Positions 1 through 10,153 of a stretch of DNA of 64,000 bases are shown piece by piece. The stretch is taken from contig CANLWG010000009.1 of the NCBI GenBank assembly GCA_947494715.1, positions 1,405 through 65,404 of the forward strand, read 5' to 3'. The notes below the pieces were generated by a model. It was given only the letters and a program-made list of their open reading frames with translations. It made no database searches and had not been told where the DNA came from. The stretch's first letter is position 1. The number at the start of each line of letters is the position of its first letter. The position numbers and the translations under genes are program-made. This DNA comes from an uncultured Flavobacteriaceae bacterium (GTDB lineage: Bacteria; Bacteroidota; Bacteroidia; Flavobacteriales; Flavobacteriaceae).

Positions 1-525
1 CAACAAATGGAAAGGGGTAGAAGCTATATGCTTGTGGCCAATCATACCAGTATGTTGGACATTATGCTTATGCTTTGGATAAGCAGAAGCCCCTTTGTTT
101 TTGTAGGCAAAAAGGAATTGGTTAAAATTCCGTTATTCGGATTTTTTTATAAGCGGGTCTGCATCATGGTAGATCGCGAGGATACGCGAAGTAGAACAGG
201 TGTTTATAGAAGGGCGCAACGACGTTTGAACCAAGGTCTAAGTATTTGCATCTTTCCAGAAGGGGGTGTCCCCGAGGAACACATTATTTTGGATGAATTC
301 AAGGACGGGGCATTCAAAATGGCCATTGCCCATAGTATTCCTGTAATGCCTATCACCTTTTTTGATGGTAAAAAGCGATTTCCCTTCACTTTTTTTAGTG
401 GAGGACCGGGTCCGTTACGGGTAAAAGTACATCCCTTTTTTGAAACGGTATCGTTGGCCGAAGAAGATAAAGGGAAATTAAGGGAACAGGTCCGAGGCCT
501 AATTTTAAGGGATTTGCAAAAATGA
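1..525 (+). CDS. plsC: 1-acyl-sn-glycerol-3-phosphate acyltransferase (lysophospholipid acyltransferase), 5'-truncated by window edge
   Basis: NHTSMLD (HxxxxD) and IFPEGG motifs; frame open to base 1. Confidence 0.9.
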   Translation, partial: QQMERGRSYMLVANHTSMLDIMLMLWISRSPFVFVGKKELVKIPLFGFFYKRVCIMVDREDTRSRTGVYRRAQRRLNQGLSICIFPEGGVPEEHIILDEFKDGAFKMAIAHSIPVMPITFFDGKKRFPFTFFSGGPGPLRVKVHPFFETVSLAEEDKGKLREQVRGLILRDLQK

Positions 526-529
526 AAAA

Positions 530-582
530 CGCCTCGACAAAGTTGTCGAGGCGAATTAGTAGTCGTTGAGGGTACAACGACT
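530..582. terminator. Two tandem hairpins between convergent genes (probable bidirectional terminator)
   Basis: cgcctcgacaa/ttgtcgaggcg (530-553) and agtcgttg/caacgact (561-582). Confidence 0.7.
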
Positions 583-598
583 GACCTAACCAACATTA

Positions 599-2179
599 TT
601 AGAATTTAAAACTCAATCCACTATATACGCCTACCGAAAACGGTTGGAAATCCCCAGCAGTTTCTGAGAAGGTATTCAGTTGATACTTAAAAATAGGCTC
701 CAGGTTAAATTGTAATTTAGGTGTAAATCTATAATTGAGGCCAAAACCTACATTGGTACTAAAGTTTACATCATTAATGTTGTTGGCCTCACCCATTTCA
801 GTAGTGAGTCCATCCGAGGTAAGGGTAACAGCATTATCTACCAAGAATAAGGAGCTTACCCCACCGATTAAATTTATCCCAAATTTTCGGTCTAGAAGGG
901 CATAATTGAGTTCCACCGGCACCTCTAAATATCCGAACTGTTGGGCCATAGTACCGTTTCTTGTCGGGTTCTGTGCCGCTATATCCAAAAGTGCGGCTTC
1001 CGGATCGGCTACAGCACTGGAAATACCGTTTGCCTTGCTTTGCACCACCAAGGTTTTGGAAGTCAATGTATAATCTATATTATCTATTTGCCCTTGAGCG
1101 GACGCCTGTAGGGAAGAGGAAAATTCCACATCATTGGTATCATAACCATAATCTACCCTATGAAGTCCTGAACGAATGCTTAACCGATCACTGATTTCAT
1201 AGGCTACCGTAAGACCATAACTTAAATTAATGTCCCCGGACTTTGAGTTGGGAACAAAAATGGAGTGTACGGGCGATCCCTCACCAATGGCATCGTAATA
1301 GACTGGTGCAATGCTGGGTCCTGCGGACCATTTACTGCTTTTTGCCTCTGCTAGGGCCTCATCTTCTTGCTGCTTTTCAATTTCATCAAAAATTGATTTC
1401 CCCCCATTATCCTGCTCAATTTCCTTGGATATCTCTTCCCCGGCTTCTGCAATACCTTCCTCCGATGTAGACTTCGGATTATCCTTGGAAGATATCTTGG
1501 TATGGTCCGGATTGGGGACAAATTCCGTTTCCTTCCCTTTTTCGTTATCTAAATTAGTATCGGAAATTACAACGGCTTCGTTCCCATTTTTGGGAACAAG
1601 ATTAGGACTATTCTTAAGTTGGAATTTATCAGTATCCGCTTGATTCTGTCGCTCGTCTTTTTGGGAATCTGCAATTTGAATAGCTTCGCCTTGTTGATTT
1701 TTTTCAGACACGACATCGTTTTCCCTTTTATTGATTTTGTTCAAACGGGAATCCGAAGCATCTTCCTTGATATCTGCAACAGCCGGACTTTTGTCCTCTG
1801 TTTGATGGATTGAATCGATTGTTTCTTTTTCGTCATTTGCATCAACATCTGCAACTTCAATTTCAACGGAACCTCGTGGAGTGGTGGAATCGGTTTCCTT
1901 TTCTCCTTTGGTTTGTTCCACATCTTGTCCATCGGTATTTTCAATATCCGTGATTATGGCGTCCTGTTCGGGGGTATCACCCAATGGACCAATAACGTAA
2001 ATAAGCAGGGCCAATACGGCGGCCACTCCGCCTAGTTTCCACCAAAGTGGAATCGCCTTGCGGGATTTTTTCTTTTTGTCCAATGAAGCTTCAATGGATT
2101 CCCAAACTTTCTCGTCCGGTTTTTCCTCGAAATCCTTGAATTTTCTTTGGAACAATGTGTCTAAGTTCTTTTTGTTCAT
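599..2179 (-). CDS. Putative anti-sigma factor with N-terminal TM helix, long acidic linker and C-terminal outer-membrane beta-barrel
   Basis: N-term LDTLFQRKFKDFEEKPDEKVW; TM WWKLGGVAAVLALLIYVI; low-complexity D/E/K linker; alternating beta-strands ending GLSFKF; directly downstream of ECF sigma. Confidence 0.75.
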   Translation of the reverse strand: MNKKNLDTLFQRKFKDFEEKPDEKVWESIEASLDKKKKSRKAIPLWWKLGGVAAVLALLIYVIGPLGDTPEQDAIITDIENTDGQDVEQTKGEKETDSTTPRGSVEIEVADVDANDEKETIDSIHQTEDKSPAVADIKEDASDSRLNKINKRENDVVSEKNQQGEAIQIADSQKDERQNQADTDKFQLKNSPNLVPKNGNEAVVISDTNLDNEKGKETEFVPNPDHTKISSKDNPKSTSEEGIAEAGEEISKEIEQDNGGKSIFDEIEKQQEDEALAEAKSSKWSAGPSIAPVYYDAIGEGSPVHSIFVPNSKSGDINLSYGLTVAYEISDRLSIRSGLHRVDYGYDTNDVEFSSSLQASAQGQIDNIDYTLTSKTLVVQSKANGISSAVADPEAALLDIAAQNPTRNGTMAQQFGYLEVPVELNYALLDRKFGINLIGGVSSLFLVDNAVTLTSDGLTTEMGEANNINDVNFSTNVGFGLNYRFTPKLQFNLEPIFKYQLNTFSETAGDFQPFSVGVYSGLSFKF

Positions 2180-2238
2180 TTTACAATGACTTAAGCAATG
2201 TTCATGTTTTCTTTTTCCGAACCCGGTAGATAGTTTCT

Positions 2239-2808
2239 TTATAGGGTGCCCACTAGTGCAATAATCAAAACGCCGATTATTGACCGGATTGTTTCGGTTT
2301 CAATTTTTTCTTTTAAAATGGTCCTTGCACGAGCAAGGTTTGATTTTGATGTTCCTGGCGACGTTCCCAAAAGCTTACTGATTTCTTTATGGGAATAGCC
2401 ATCCAATACGTATAAATTAAAGGTTAGTCTGTATTTGTTAGGTAGTTCTTGGATGTATTTCAGCAAAGTCTGTAAGCCTATATCCGCATAACTATCGGAT
2501 TCAAACTCTACTTCTTCGCCAATGTTCTCAGTAACCACTTTTAGGTATTCCTCCTTGCGATACTTTTGCAATACGGTATTCACGGTTATACGTTTTATCC
2601 ATCCTTCAAAGGAGCCCTTGGATCGGTACTGACCAATTTTGTCAAAAATGGTAATAAAACTGTCATGAAGACTGTCTTCTGCCTCAGTTCTATTACGGGA
2701 ATATTTAAGGCATATACCGAACAGTATATCAGAATATTTCCTATATAACTGCTCCTGCGCCTTTCTATTACCCTTTTTACAATTGGCTATGAGTTCTTCC
2801 AGACTCAA
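2239..2808 (-). CDS. ECF-type RNA polymerase sigma-70 factor
   Basis: Region 2 (AEDSLHDSFITIFDKI, FEGWIKRI) and region 4 (YSHKEISKLLGTSPGTSKSNLARAR). Confidence 0.93.
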   Translation of the reverse strand: MSLEELIANCKKGNRKAQEQLYRKYSDILFGICLKYSRNRTEAEDSLHDSFITIFDKIGQYRSKGSFEGWIKRITVNTVLQKYRKEEYLKVVTENIGEEVEFESDSYADIGLQTLLKYIQELPNKYRLTFNLYVLDGYSHKEISKLLGTSPGTSKSNLARARTILKEKIETETIRSIIGVLIIALVGTL

Positions 2809-2835
2809 AATGTTGGTTAGATTTTATTGCTTTTA

Positions 2836-3255
2836 TTAGTTAACGGGTACTTCCACTTCAAAATACTCATCCATGCCATCCTCTGTTCCTTGCCAAAATC
2901 TAAAGGTGTACGGTTCATCGAATAGCACAACAAATAAAAATGTAGCCTCCCCCTCTTCTATGGCCATGGTACAGGCTTGATCTGTCCGCACCGAACCTAC
3001 CGCTACTACATTACGCACGGTGACGTCATCCTTGGCAATGTCAAAACCTTCAAAGAAAGTACAACCATCAGGTCTTACATAGGTAACCTTTATTTCATAA
3101 GTCTCGTTGAGATTAAATGATTCGGGAAGTTCCGCACTTGTAATCTGTAAGGCCGTAAAATGAAAGTTAGGACCATCGTCCTCCAAATCGCATGAGCTTA
3201 GACTAAGCACTGCCAAAAGGGAACAAAAAATTAGAAAATACCTTTTCATTGGCAA
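2836..3255 (-). CDS. Hypothetical lipoprotein
   Basis: Lipobox LSSC after hydrophobic signal; beta-rich domain; co-directional with sigma gene. Confidence 0.75.
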   Translation of the reverse strand: MPMKRYFLIFCSLLAVLSLSSCDLEDDGPNFHFTALQITSAELPESFNLNETYEIKVTYVRPDGCTFFEGFDIAKDDVTVRNVVAVGSVRTDQACTMAIEEGEATFLFVVLFDEPYTFRFWQGTEDGMDEYFEVEVPVN

Positions 3256-3414
3256 TCGGGTTTTCTTCTAAGATGTAAAGAAAAGGCAAAGGTTGCGTAA
3301 ATACGCCTTATGACGGATCAAAATTGTATTTAATCCAACCCCTCGGCTTCAATAAGCTCGGGATACATTAAAGAAAAGAGACCATGGGGTTTTGCCAAAA
3401 AGAGAAATCGAATG

Positions 3415-4419
3415 CTATTTTAGGGCATTTATCGCTTCCCGTATTTTGCCTTCCAATTCTTCAAAAAGTTCGGGATTATCAATGAGCAGGGCTTTTACGG
3501 CATCCCTTCCCTGACCCAATTTGGTGTCGCCATAGCTGAACCATGAACCGCTCTTTTTTACGATTTCATATTCTACACCTAAATCTATAATTTCCCCAAC
3601 TTTGGAAATTCCCTCGCCATACATAATATCAAACTCTGCTGTCTTAAAAGGCGGGGCCACTTTGTTCTTTACTACTTTTACCCGTGTCTTGTTGCCCTGT
3701 ACCGAACCATCGGTATCCTTGATTTGGGTAGATCTGCGAATATCAAGGCGAACGGAAGCATAAAACTTCAATGCGTTACCCCCGGTGGTAGTCTCCGGAT
3801 TACCGAACATGACCCCGATTTTTTCCCGTAATTGGTTGATGAAGATAACCGTACAGTGGGTCTTGCTTATGGATCCTGTCAATTTCCGTAAGGCCTGTGA
3901 CATCAATCTGGCATGAAGTCCCATTTTGGAATCCCCCATTTCGCCTTCAATTTCACTCTTGGGGGTAAGTGCGGCAACAGAATCAATAATCACGATATCT
4001 ATGGCACCGGAGCGAATAAGATTATCGGTAATCTCCAAGGCTTGCTCACCATTATCCGGTTGGGATATGATGAGGTTGTCAATATCTATACCCAATTTCT
4101 GGGCATAGAAACGGTCAAAGGCATGTTCTGCATCTATAAAGGCTGCAATCCCACCATTTTTTTGAGCTTCGGCTATGGCATGTAGGGTTAAGGTGGTCTT
4201 TCCTGATGATTCCGGACCGTAGATTTCGATAACCCTTCCTCTTGGATAGCCCCCAACACCCAAAGCAATATCAAGACCCAAGGAACCGGAAGGGATTACC
4301 TCAACCTCCTCAACGACACTGTCGCCCATTTTCATTACGGCACCTTTGCCATACGTTTTGTCCAGTTTATCCAAGGTAAGTTTTAAGGCCTTTAATTTGG
4401 CGTCTTTTTCGGAGCTCAT
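3415..4419 (-). CDS. recA: Recombinase RecA (start moved to ATG 4419, MSSEKDAK)
   Basis: GPESSGKTT Walker [24 protein letters not shown]. Confidence 0.99.
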   Translation of the reverse strand: MSSEKDAKLKALKLTLDKLDKTYGKGAVMKMGDSVVEEVEVIPSGSLGLDIALGVGGYPRGRVIEIYGPESSGKTTLTLHAIAEAQKNGGIAAFIDAEHAFDRFYAQKLGIDIDNLIISQPDNGEQALEITDNLIRSGAIDIVIIDSVAALTPKSEIEGEMGDSKMGLHARLMSQALRKLTGSISKTHCTVIFINQLREKIGVMFGNPETTTGGNALKFYASVRLDIRRSTQIKDTDGSVQGNKTRVKVVKNKVAPPFKTAEFDIMYGEGISKVGEIIDLGVEYEIVKKSGSWFSYGDTKLGQGRDAVKALLIDNPELFEELEGKIREAINALK

Positions 4420-4632
4420 ATTATCTGTGATTAAGGACGCTAAAATACCATTTCTTTTTGCATATCGCAATGAGGACGCAACCTTTTTGGAAAACCTGCA
4501 TCTAGTTAAAAATCGGCGGTACTAACTCAATACATAAACCATTGTTTTTAGTGGCAGTGGGCAGCGGTGGTCATTTCCTTTTTGCATTTTTGTAAAGAAT
4601 GCTATGAAAAAGAAAAAATGGGATGGCCGATG

Positions 4633-4663
4633 AAGAGTCTTGATCAGTTCAAGGCTCTTTTTT
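4633..4663 (+). terminator. Hairpin with T-tract in recA-trhO intergenic region
   Basis: aagagtcttga-tcagt-tcaaggctctt followed by tttt. Confidence 0.45.
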
Positions 4664-4771
4664 ATTAGTTTTATTAATGAAACATATGTTTTGGGAAAAC
4701 CCATAGGTAACGTCACTACTCGTTTCCTAACAGAGCCTCTTTCAATTGTTTTGGAGTTTTCCATATTATCT

Positions 4772-4779
4772 TACCTTTG
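4772..4779 (+). promoter_or_regulatory. Bacteroidetes -7 promoter element for trhO
   Basis: TACCTTTG matches TAnnTTTG, ~40 nt upstream of ATG. Confidence 0.6.
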
Positions 4780-4820
4780 TCCTTTAAAATCATTCTTTCA
4801 ACTTAAACTATTCGTATAGC

Positions 4821-5852
4821 ATGCAACTGTACAATACCTTAAGTGCAAAGGAAAGAGCTGCGCTTATTGAAGAAGCCGGCCAAGAACGGCTTACTATCTC
4901 TTTTTATTCCTATGCACATATTGGCAATCCGCTGATTTTTCGAAACCACTTGTTCATCCACTGGAACGAGCTTGACGTTCTAGGTAGGATTTATGTGGCC
5001 CATGAGGGTATCAACGCTCAGCTATCCGTTCCCGCGGAAAACTTCAAGGCGTTTAAGGCACATCTGGACAGTATTTCGTTCCTTGAAAATGTACGTCTTA
5101 ACATTGCCATTGAACAGGATAACAAATCATTTCTCAAGCTAAAAATAAAAGTCCGCAAAAAAATTGTTGCCGATGGCCTCAACGACCATACTTTTGACGT
5201 TACCGATAAGGGCATACACGTAGATGCAGAGCTATTTAACGAGCTGATTGAAGATCCGGATACATTGTTGGTGGATATGCGCAACCATTATGAAAGTGAA
5301 ATAGGCCATTTTAAAAATGCCATTACCCCAGATGTGGATACTTTTCGTGATTCCTTGGATATCATTGAAAGGGATTTAGCCAACCATAAAGAAGATAAAA
5401 AACTGGTTATGTATTGCACTGGGGGCATTCGTTGCGAAAAGGCCAGTGCGTATTATAAACACAAAGGATTTAAGCAAGTCTATCAGTTAGAGGGAGGAAT
5501 CATTGATTATTCCAGACAGGTAGAGAAAAAGGGACTTGAGAACAAATTCCTTGGTAAGAATTTCGTTTTTGACCATCGCAGGGGCGAACGCATTTCGGAA
5601 GATATTATCGCCCAGTGCCATCAATGTGGTGAACCCTGTGATAACCATGTAAATTGTGCCAACGAGGCTTGCCATCTTTTGTTCATCCAGTGCGATGAAT
5701 GCGCTCAGAAAATGGATGATTGTTGTTCGGACAGCTGTAAGGAAGTCCACAACCTTCCTTATGAAGAGCAAAAAAAACTGCGCAAGGGAAAGGTAGTAAG
5801 TAACAAAATTTTCAAGAAAGGGCGTTCGGAGGTATTAAAATTCAAAAGGTAG
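4821..5852 (+). CDS. trhO: Rhodanese-related protein, TrhO/YceA family (tRNA U34 hydroxylase)
   Basis: EGINAQLS, DMRNHYESEIGHF, YCTGGIRCEKA, C-terminal Cys cluster. Confidence 0.9.
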   Translation: MQLYNTLSAKERAALIEEAGQERLTISFYSYAHIGNPLIFRNHLFIHWNELDVLGRIYVAHEGINAQLSVPAENFKAFKAHLDSISFLENVRLNIAIEQDNKSFLKLKIKVRKKIVADGLNDHTFDVTDKGIHVDAELFNELIEDPDTLLVDMRNHYESEIGHFKNAITPDVDTFRDSLDIIERDLANHKEDKKLVMYCTGGIRCEKASAYYKHKGFKQVYQLEGGIIDYSRQVEKKGLENKFLGKNFVFDHRRGERISEDIIAQCHQCGEPCDNHVNCANEACHLLFIQCDECAQKMDDCCSDSCKEVHNLPYEEQKKLRKGKVVSNKIFKKGRSEVLKFKR

Positions 5853-6074
5853 CCTACAGAATTTTGAGATGTAGGTGACGATATATGCGAAATTTTAGCA
5901 GGCTCAAGCTTAATTTTTTCGCCTACCCAAACAGTGGCCATGATTTGAATAACTTTTCATCGAATTAAAAAATCACTACCTTTACATTTAAGTTAAATAT
6001 GAACCTTTTTTGATCGAGAATCCTGTGGATTTTAGTACTGTGAGGGCAAGTTCGGTCAAATCAAGATATTAAAT

Positions 6075-7232
6075 ATGGGGTGTAGCAGTTGTTCGACCGC
6101 TAAGGACGGACAGCCACGTGGATGCAAGAACAATGGGACTTGCGGCTCGGATGGCTGTAATAAATTAACGGTTTTCGATTGGCTTTCCAATATGTCGCTT
6201 CCCAATGGTGCAAAACCGTTTGACTGTGTTGAAGTCCGATTCAAAAATAGCAGAAAGGAGTTCTTCAGAAATACGGAAAACCTAACACTTTCCATAGGTG
6301 ATGTTGTAGCTACCCAAGCGCAATCCGGTCATGATGTTGGCATGGTAACCCTTATAGGTGAGTTGGTAAAGGTACAGATGAAAAAGAAAAAGGAAGACCA
6401 TCATTCACCTGACCTTCCCAAAATATATCGCAGGGCTACACAAAAGGACATCGACAAATGGCAGAAATGTAGGAACAGGGAAGAGGAAATCAAGAAAAGG
6501 TCCAGGGAAATTGCCATTATATTGGGTCTTCAGATGAAAATCTCCGATGTTGAATTCCAGGGAGATGGCTCCAAGGCCACTTTCTATTATACTGCCGAGG
6601 AGCGCGTAGATTTTCGCCAACTGATAAAGGATATGGCCAAGGCGTTTGGCATACGCATAGAAATGCGCCAAATAGGATACCGGCAAGAAGCCCAACGACT
6701 TGGAGGAATTGGATCTTGTGGCCGGGAACTATGCTGCTCTACGTGGTTGACCGATTTTAGGTCTGTAAGTACCTCGTCGGCACGTTACCAACAATTATCC
6801 TTAAATCCCCAAAAATTGGCCGGCCAATGCGGTAAGCTCAAATGTTGCCTCAATTATGAATTGGATATGTATCTCGAGGCCTTAAAAGATTTCCCATCGT
6901 CAGATACCAAACTTCAAACGGAAAAAGGATTGGCCTTCTGCCAAAAAGCGGACATCTTTAAGTCTACCTTATGGTTCTCTTACAGAGACGAACCCTCCAA
7001 TTGGCACGCACTTTCTAAAGATCAGGTCCTGGAGATTATCCAGAAGAACAGAAAAAAGGAAAAAGTAGCTAGTTTGGAAGAATATGTGGCCGATAATTCC
7101 GTTGAGGAAGAAATGGCTTTTGAAAATGTTGTGGGTCAAGACAGTCTTACTCGTTTTGATAGGCCAAAGCGAAGAAAAAATAGGAATAGGAAATCAAGAA
7201 AGAATCAGAAAAGACGTCCAAAAAATGCTTAG
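6075..7232 (+). CDS. ricT: PSP1-domain protein, RicT/YaaT family
   Basis: GGIGSCGRELCCSTW, KLAGQCGKLKCCLNYE; Cys-rich N-terminus. Confidence 0.88.
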   Translation: MGCSSCSTAKDGQPRGCKNNGTCGSDGCNKLTVFDWLSNMSLPNGAKPFDCVEVRFKNSRKEFFRNTENLTLSIGDVVATQAQSGHDVGMVTLIGELVKVQMKKKKEDHHSPDLPKIYRRATQKDIDKWQKCRNREEEIKKRSREIAIILGLQMKISDVEFQGDGSKATFYYTAEERVDFRQLIKDMAKAFGIRIEMRQIGYRQEAQRLGGIGSCGRELCCSTWLTDFRSVSTSSARYQQLSLNPQKLAGQCGKLKCCLNYELDMYLEALKDFPSSDTKLQTEKGLAFCQKADIFKSTLWFSYRDEPSNWHALSKDQVLEIIQKNRKKEKVASLEEYVADNSVEEEMAFENVVGQDSLTRFDRPKRRKNRNRKSRKNQKRRPKNA

Positions 7233-7710
7233 GAGTTTACTTGCCCTAACGGTTATGTTACTCTTTATTTCCTGTAATGACGCTTTGGTAAAAGCGGAAT
7301 ACAAAGCTACGGATAAAGGTTCCTGGAACAAGGAAAGCATCCTTGAATTTACATTTTCCGAAATGGATACCTTACGTTCCCATAATATGTTTATTAATGT
7401 AAGAAATGATGAGACCTTCCCTTACAGTAACCTCTTTTTGATAGCCGAACTCGATTTTCCTTCGGGACAGACCATAAAGGATACGTTGGAATATGAAATG
7501 GCCAGACCGGACGGGAGTTGGTTGGGCAAAGGTTATGGCAGTGTAAAAGAAAACAAATTATGGTATAAGGAGAACATCGTTTTTCCTTCCTCTGGCGTAT
7601 ATACTTTACGCTTGTCCCATGCTATGCGAAAAAACGGAAAAGTAGAGGGAATCATGAACTTGCAAGGAATAACGGATGTTGGTTTTCAAATTGAAAAAAG
7701 TGATCCATAG
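7225..7710 (+). CDS. gldH: Gliding motility lipoprotein GldH (start at ATG 7225)
   Basis: Lipobox FISC; YSNLFLI, DTLEYEMARPDGSWLGKG, GITDVG; conserved position between PSP1 gene and PBP1a. Confidence 0.9.
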   Translation: MLRSLLALTVMLLFISCNDALVKAEYKATDKGSWNKESILEFTFSEMDTLRSHNMFINVRNDETFPYSNLFLIAELDFPSGQTIKDTLEYEMARPDGSWLGKGYGSVKENKLWYKENIVFPSSGVYTLRLSHAMRKNGKVEGIMNLQGITDVGFQIEKSDP

Positions 7711-7713
7711 GTA

Positions 7714-10053
7714 ATGGCAAAAATGGTAAAGAAAAAGAACGACAAAGGATTTTTTAAATTCATAAAATGGTTCTGGATACTCTTTGCAACGGGAATTCTT
7801 TCTGTTGCCCTTCTTTTTTTATTGGCTTCTTGGGGATTTTTAGGGGAAATGCCCACCTTTGAGAGGCTGGAGAACCCACAGACCAATTTGGCCTCTGAAA
7901 TCATTTCCTCGGACGGTAAGACTTTGGGAAAATTCTATCTGGATGATAATCGTACCCCGGTACCCTTCGATAGCCTTCCGCAAAATTTGGTCGATGCCCT
8001 GGTAGCTACCGAGGATGCCCGTTATTTTAAACATTCGGGAATCGATGCTCGCGGAACACTTCGAGCCTTCATTTTCTTAGGAAAGAGAGGGGGGGCCAGT
8101 ACCTTAACACAGCAACTTTCAAAACTGCTTTTTACCAAAAGACCTTCTGGAGGGTTAGATCGTATTCTTCAAAAAATAAAGGAGTGGGTCATTGCCACTC
8201 GTTTGGAACGGCAATATACCAAAGAGGAGATCATTAAAATGTACATGGACCAATATGACTTTGGTTATGCCGCCGATGGAATACGATCGGCATCTAGAAT
8301 TTATTTTGGAAAGGAACCCAATGAGCTCAAAACAGAAGAGTCGGCAGTGTTGGTGGGAATGTTAAAGAATTCATCGCTCTATAATCCTATCCGGAGAGAG
8401 GAGCTTGTTTTCAATCGGAGAAATACCGTATTGGGGCAAATGGCCAAGTACGGATACCTTACCGAAGCGGAGAAAGATTCTTTGCAGGCTTTGGAAATGG
8501 ATATCAATTTTAGTCCGGAATCACATCGGGAAGGAATTGCCACTTACTTCAGAATGTATCTACAAGGCTTCATGAACAGATGGATAAAGAAAAATCCAAA
8601 ACCGGCCTTGGATGATGAAAGAGATCAATGGAACATTTATTTGGATGGCCTAAAGATTTATACGACCATAGACTCCCGTATGCAGCAAAATGCCGAAGAT
8701 GCCGTGGCAGAGCATATGAAGAATCTTCAGGCGGAATTCTTTAATCAGAATACTACCGAGAAGAACCCAACGGCCCCCTTTCTGGAGCTCTCCCAGGAGG
8801 AAACACAAGGAATCATTGAAAATGCCATGCAAAATTCGGCCCGTTGGAAGAAAATGAAAGCAGCGGGATCTTCTGAAAAAAAGATCAGGGAGTCGTTTAC
8901 CAAGCCGGCAGAAATGACGGTTTTTGACTGGAACAGCGATTCCCAGGAAAAGGATACCATAATGACACCATTGGACTCAATAAGGTATTACAAAACTTTT
9001 CTAAGGGCGGCTATGATGTCTATGGAACCCCAAACGGGCCATGTAAAAGCATGGGTTGGCGGAATCGATTACAAACATTTTCAATATGATAATGTTATCC
9101 AGGGTGCCCGGCAGGCGGGATCTACTTTTAAGCCTTTTATCTATGCCGCGGCCATTGACCAACTTCGATTATCCCCTTGCGATTCCTTACCGGATACGCA
9201 ATATTGCATTGAAGCCTTAAAACATGGTAATATGGAACCCTGGTGCCCCAAAAATTCGGACGGGAAATACTCTGGGCGGATGTACACCTTAAAAAAGGCT
9301 TTGGCCAATTCCATCAATACGGTTACCGCACAGTTGATCGATCGGGTGGGTCCCAAATCTGTGGTTTCTATAGTAAAGAATTTAGGGCTTACAAAAGAGA
9401 TTATGGAGGTTCCCGCCATTGCTCTGGGAACGCCTGACTTCAACGTATATGAGATGGTTGGGGCTTATGGCACTTTTGTGAACCAAGGGGTGTATGTGAA
9501 ACCGGTCATGGTCACCCGCATTGAAGATAAAAATGGAACCGTACTTTACGAATATGTACCAGAGACCAAAGATGTGCTCAGCAAGGATGTAGCTTATGCC
9601 ATGGTAGATCTGATGAAAGGTGTTACCGAAGGGGGCTCCGGAACCCGTCTGCGCCACAACTTTGCCAAAAACCAAACGGTATATAAGAAAGTTGTTACTG
9701 GATACCCTTATGGGTTTACCAATCCAATAGCAGGGAAAACCGGGACTACACAGAACCAAAGTGATGGTTGGTTTATGGGCATGGTACCCAACTTGGTCTC
9801 CGGTGTTTGGGTCGGTGGCGAAGAACGCTCTATCCATTTCGGGGGTCTAGCCTATGGCCAGGGAGCCTCCATGGCCTTACCTATTTGGGGCCTCTACATG
9901 AGAAAAAACTACGCCAATAAGGAACTGGGCGTATCCGAAGAGGATTTTCCGGAACCCGAAGAATTATCCATTAATGTGGACTGTACCAAGGTCAAGGAAG
10001 AATTGGAAAAGGAGGTTGATTCCGAGGACGACCTTGACGATCTTGACTTCTAA
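7714..10053 (+). CDS. Class A penicillin-binding protein (PBP1a; transglycosylase + transpeptidase)
   Basis: EDARY..HSGID, GASTLTQQL; SxxK STFK, SxN SIN, KTG motifs. Confidence 0.96.
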   Translation: MAKMVKKKNDKGFFKFIKWFWILFATGILSVALLFLLASWGFLGEMPTFERLENPQTNLASEIISSDGKTLGKFYLDDNRTPVPFDSLPQNLVDALVATEDARYFKHSGIDARGTLRAFIFLGKRGGASTLTQQLSKLLFTKRPSGGLDRILQKIKEWVIATRLERQYTKEEIIKMYMDQYDFGYAADGIRSASRIYFGKEPNELKTEESAVLVGMLKNSSLYNPIRREELVFNRRNTVLGQMAKYGYLTEAEKDSLQALEMDINFSPESHREGIATYFRMYLQGFMNRWIKKNPKPALDDERDQWNIYLDGLKIYTTIDSRMQQNAEDAVAEHMKNLQAEFFNQNTTEKNPTAPFLELSQEETQGIIENAMQNSARWKKMKAAGSSEKKIRESFTKPAEMTVFDWNSDSQEKDTIMTPLDSIRYYKTFLRAAMMSMEPQTGHVKAWVGGIDYKHFQYDNVIQGARQAGSTFKPFIYAAAIDQLRLSPCDSLPDTQYCIEALKHGNMEPWCPKNSDGKYSGRMYTLKKALANSINTVTAQLIDRVGPKSVVSIVKNLGLTKEIMEVPAIALGTPDFNVYEMVGAYGTFVNQGVYVKPVMVTRIEDKNGTVLYEYVPETKDVLSKDVAYAMVDLMKGVTEGGSGTRLRHNFAKNQTVYKKVVTGYPYGFTNPIAGKTGTTQNQSDGWFMGMVPNLVSGVWVGGEERSIHFGGLAYGQGASMALPIWGLYMRKNYANKELGVSEEDFPEPEELSINVDCTKVKEELEKEVDSEDDLDDLDF

Positions 10054-10153
10054 ATAGGGTAGCAGCACTCACTTGGAAATCAGCAGTACTTTGGAGTTTT
10101 GTGCTTTCCTATTTCCCAAATATCGAGTAACTTCATAACTCAATATTTACAAC

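Noticed and set aside
3341-3363. cctcggcttcaataagctcggga downstream of recA, faintly like Bacteroidetes REP-type repeats
   Set aside because: Single, degenerate and weakly paired; no second copy seen
5956-5986. TTCATCGA plus ACTACCTTTAC upstream of ricT, resembling the three-box promoter
   Set aside because: No TTCACAAC pair and the spacing does not match; probably an ordinary promoter
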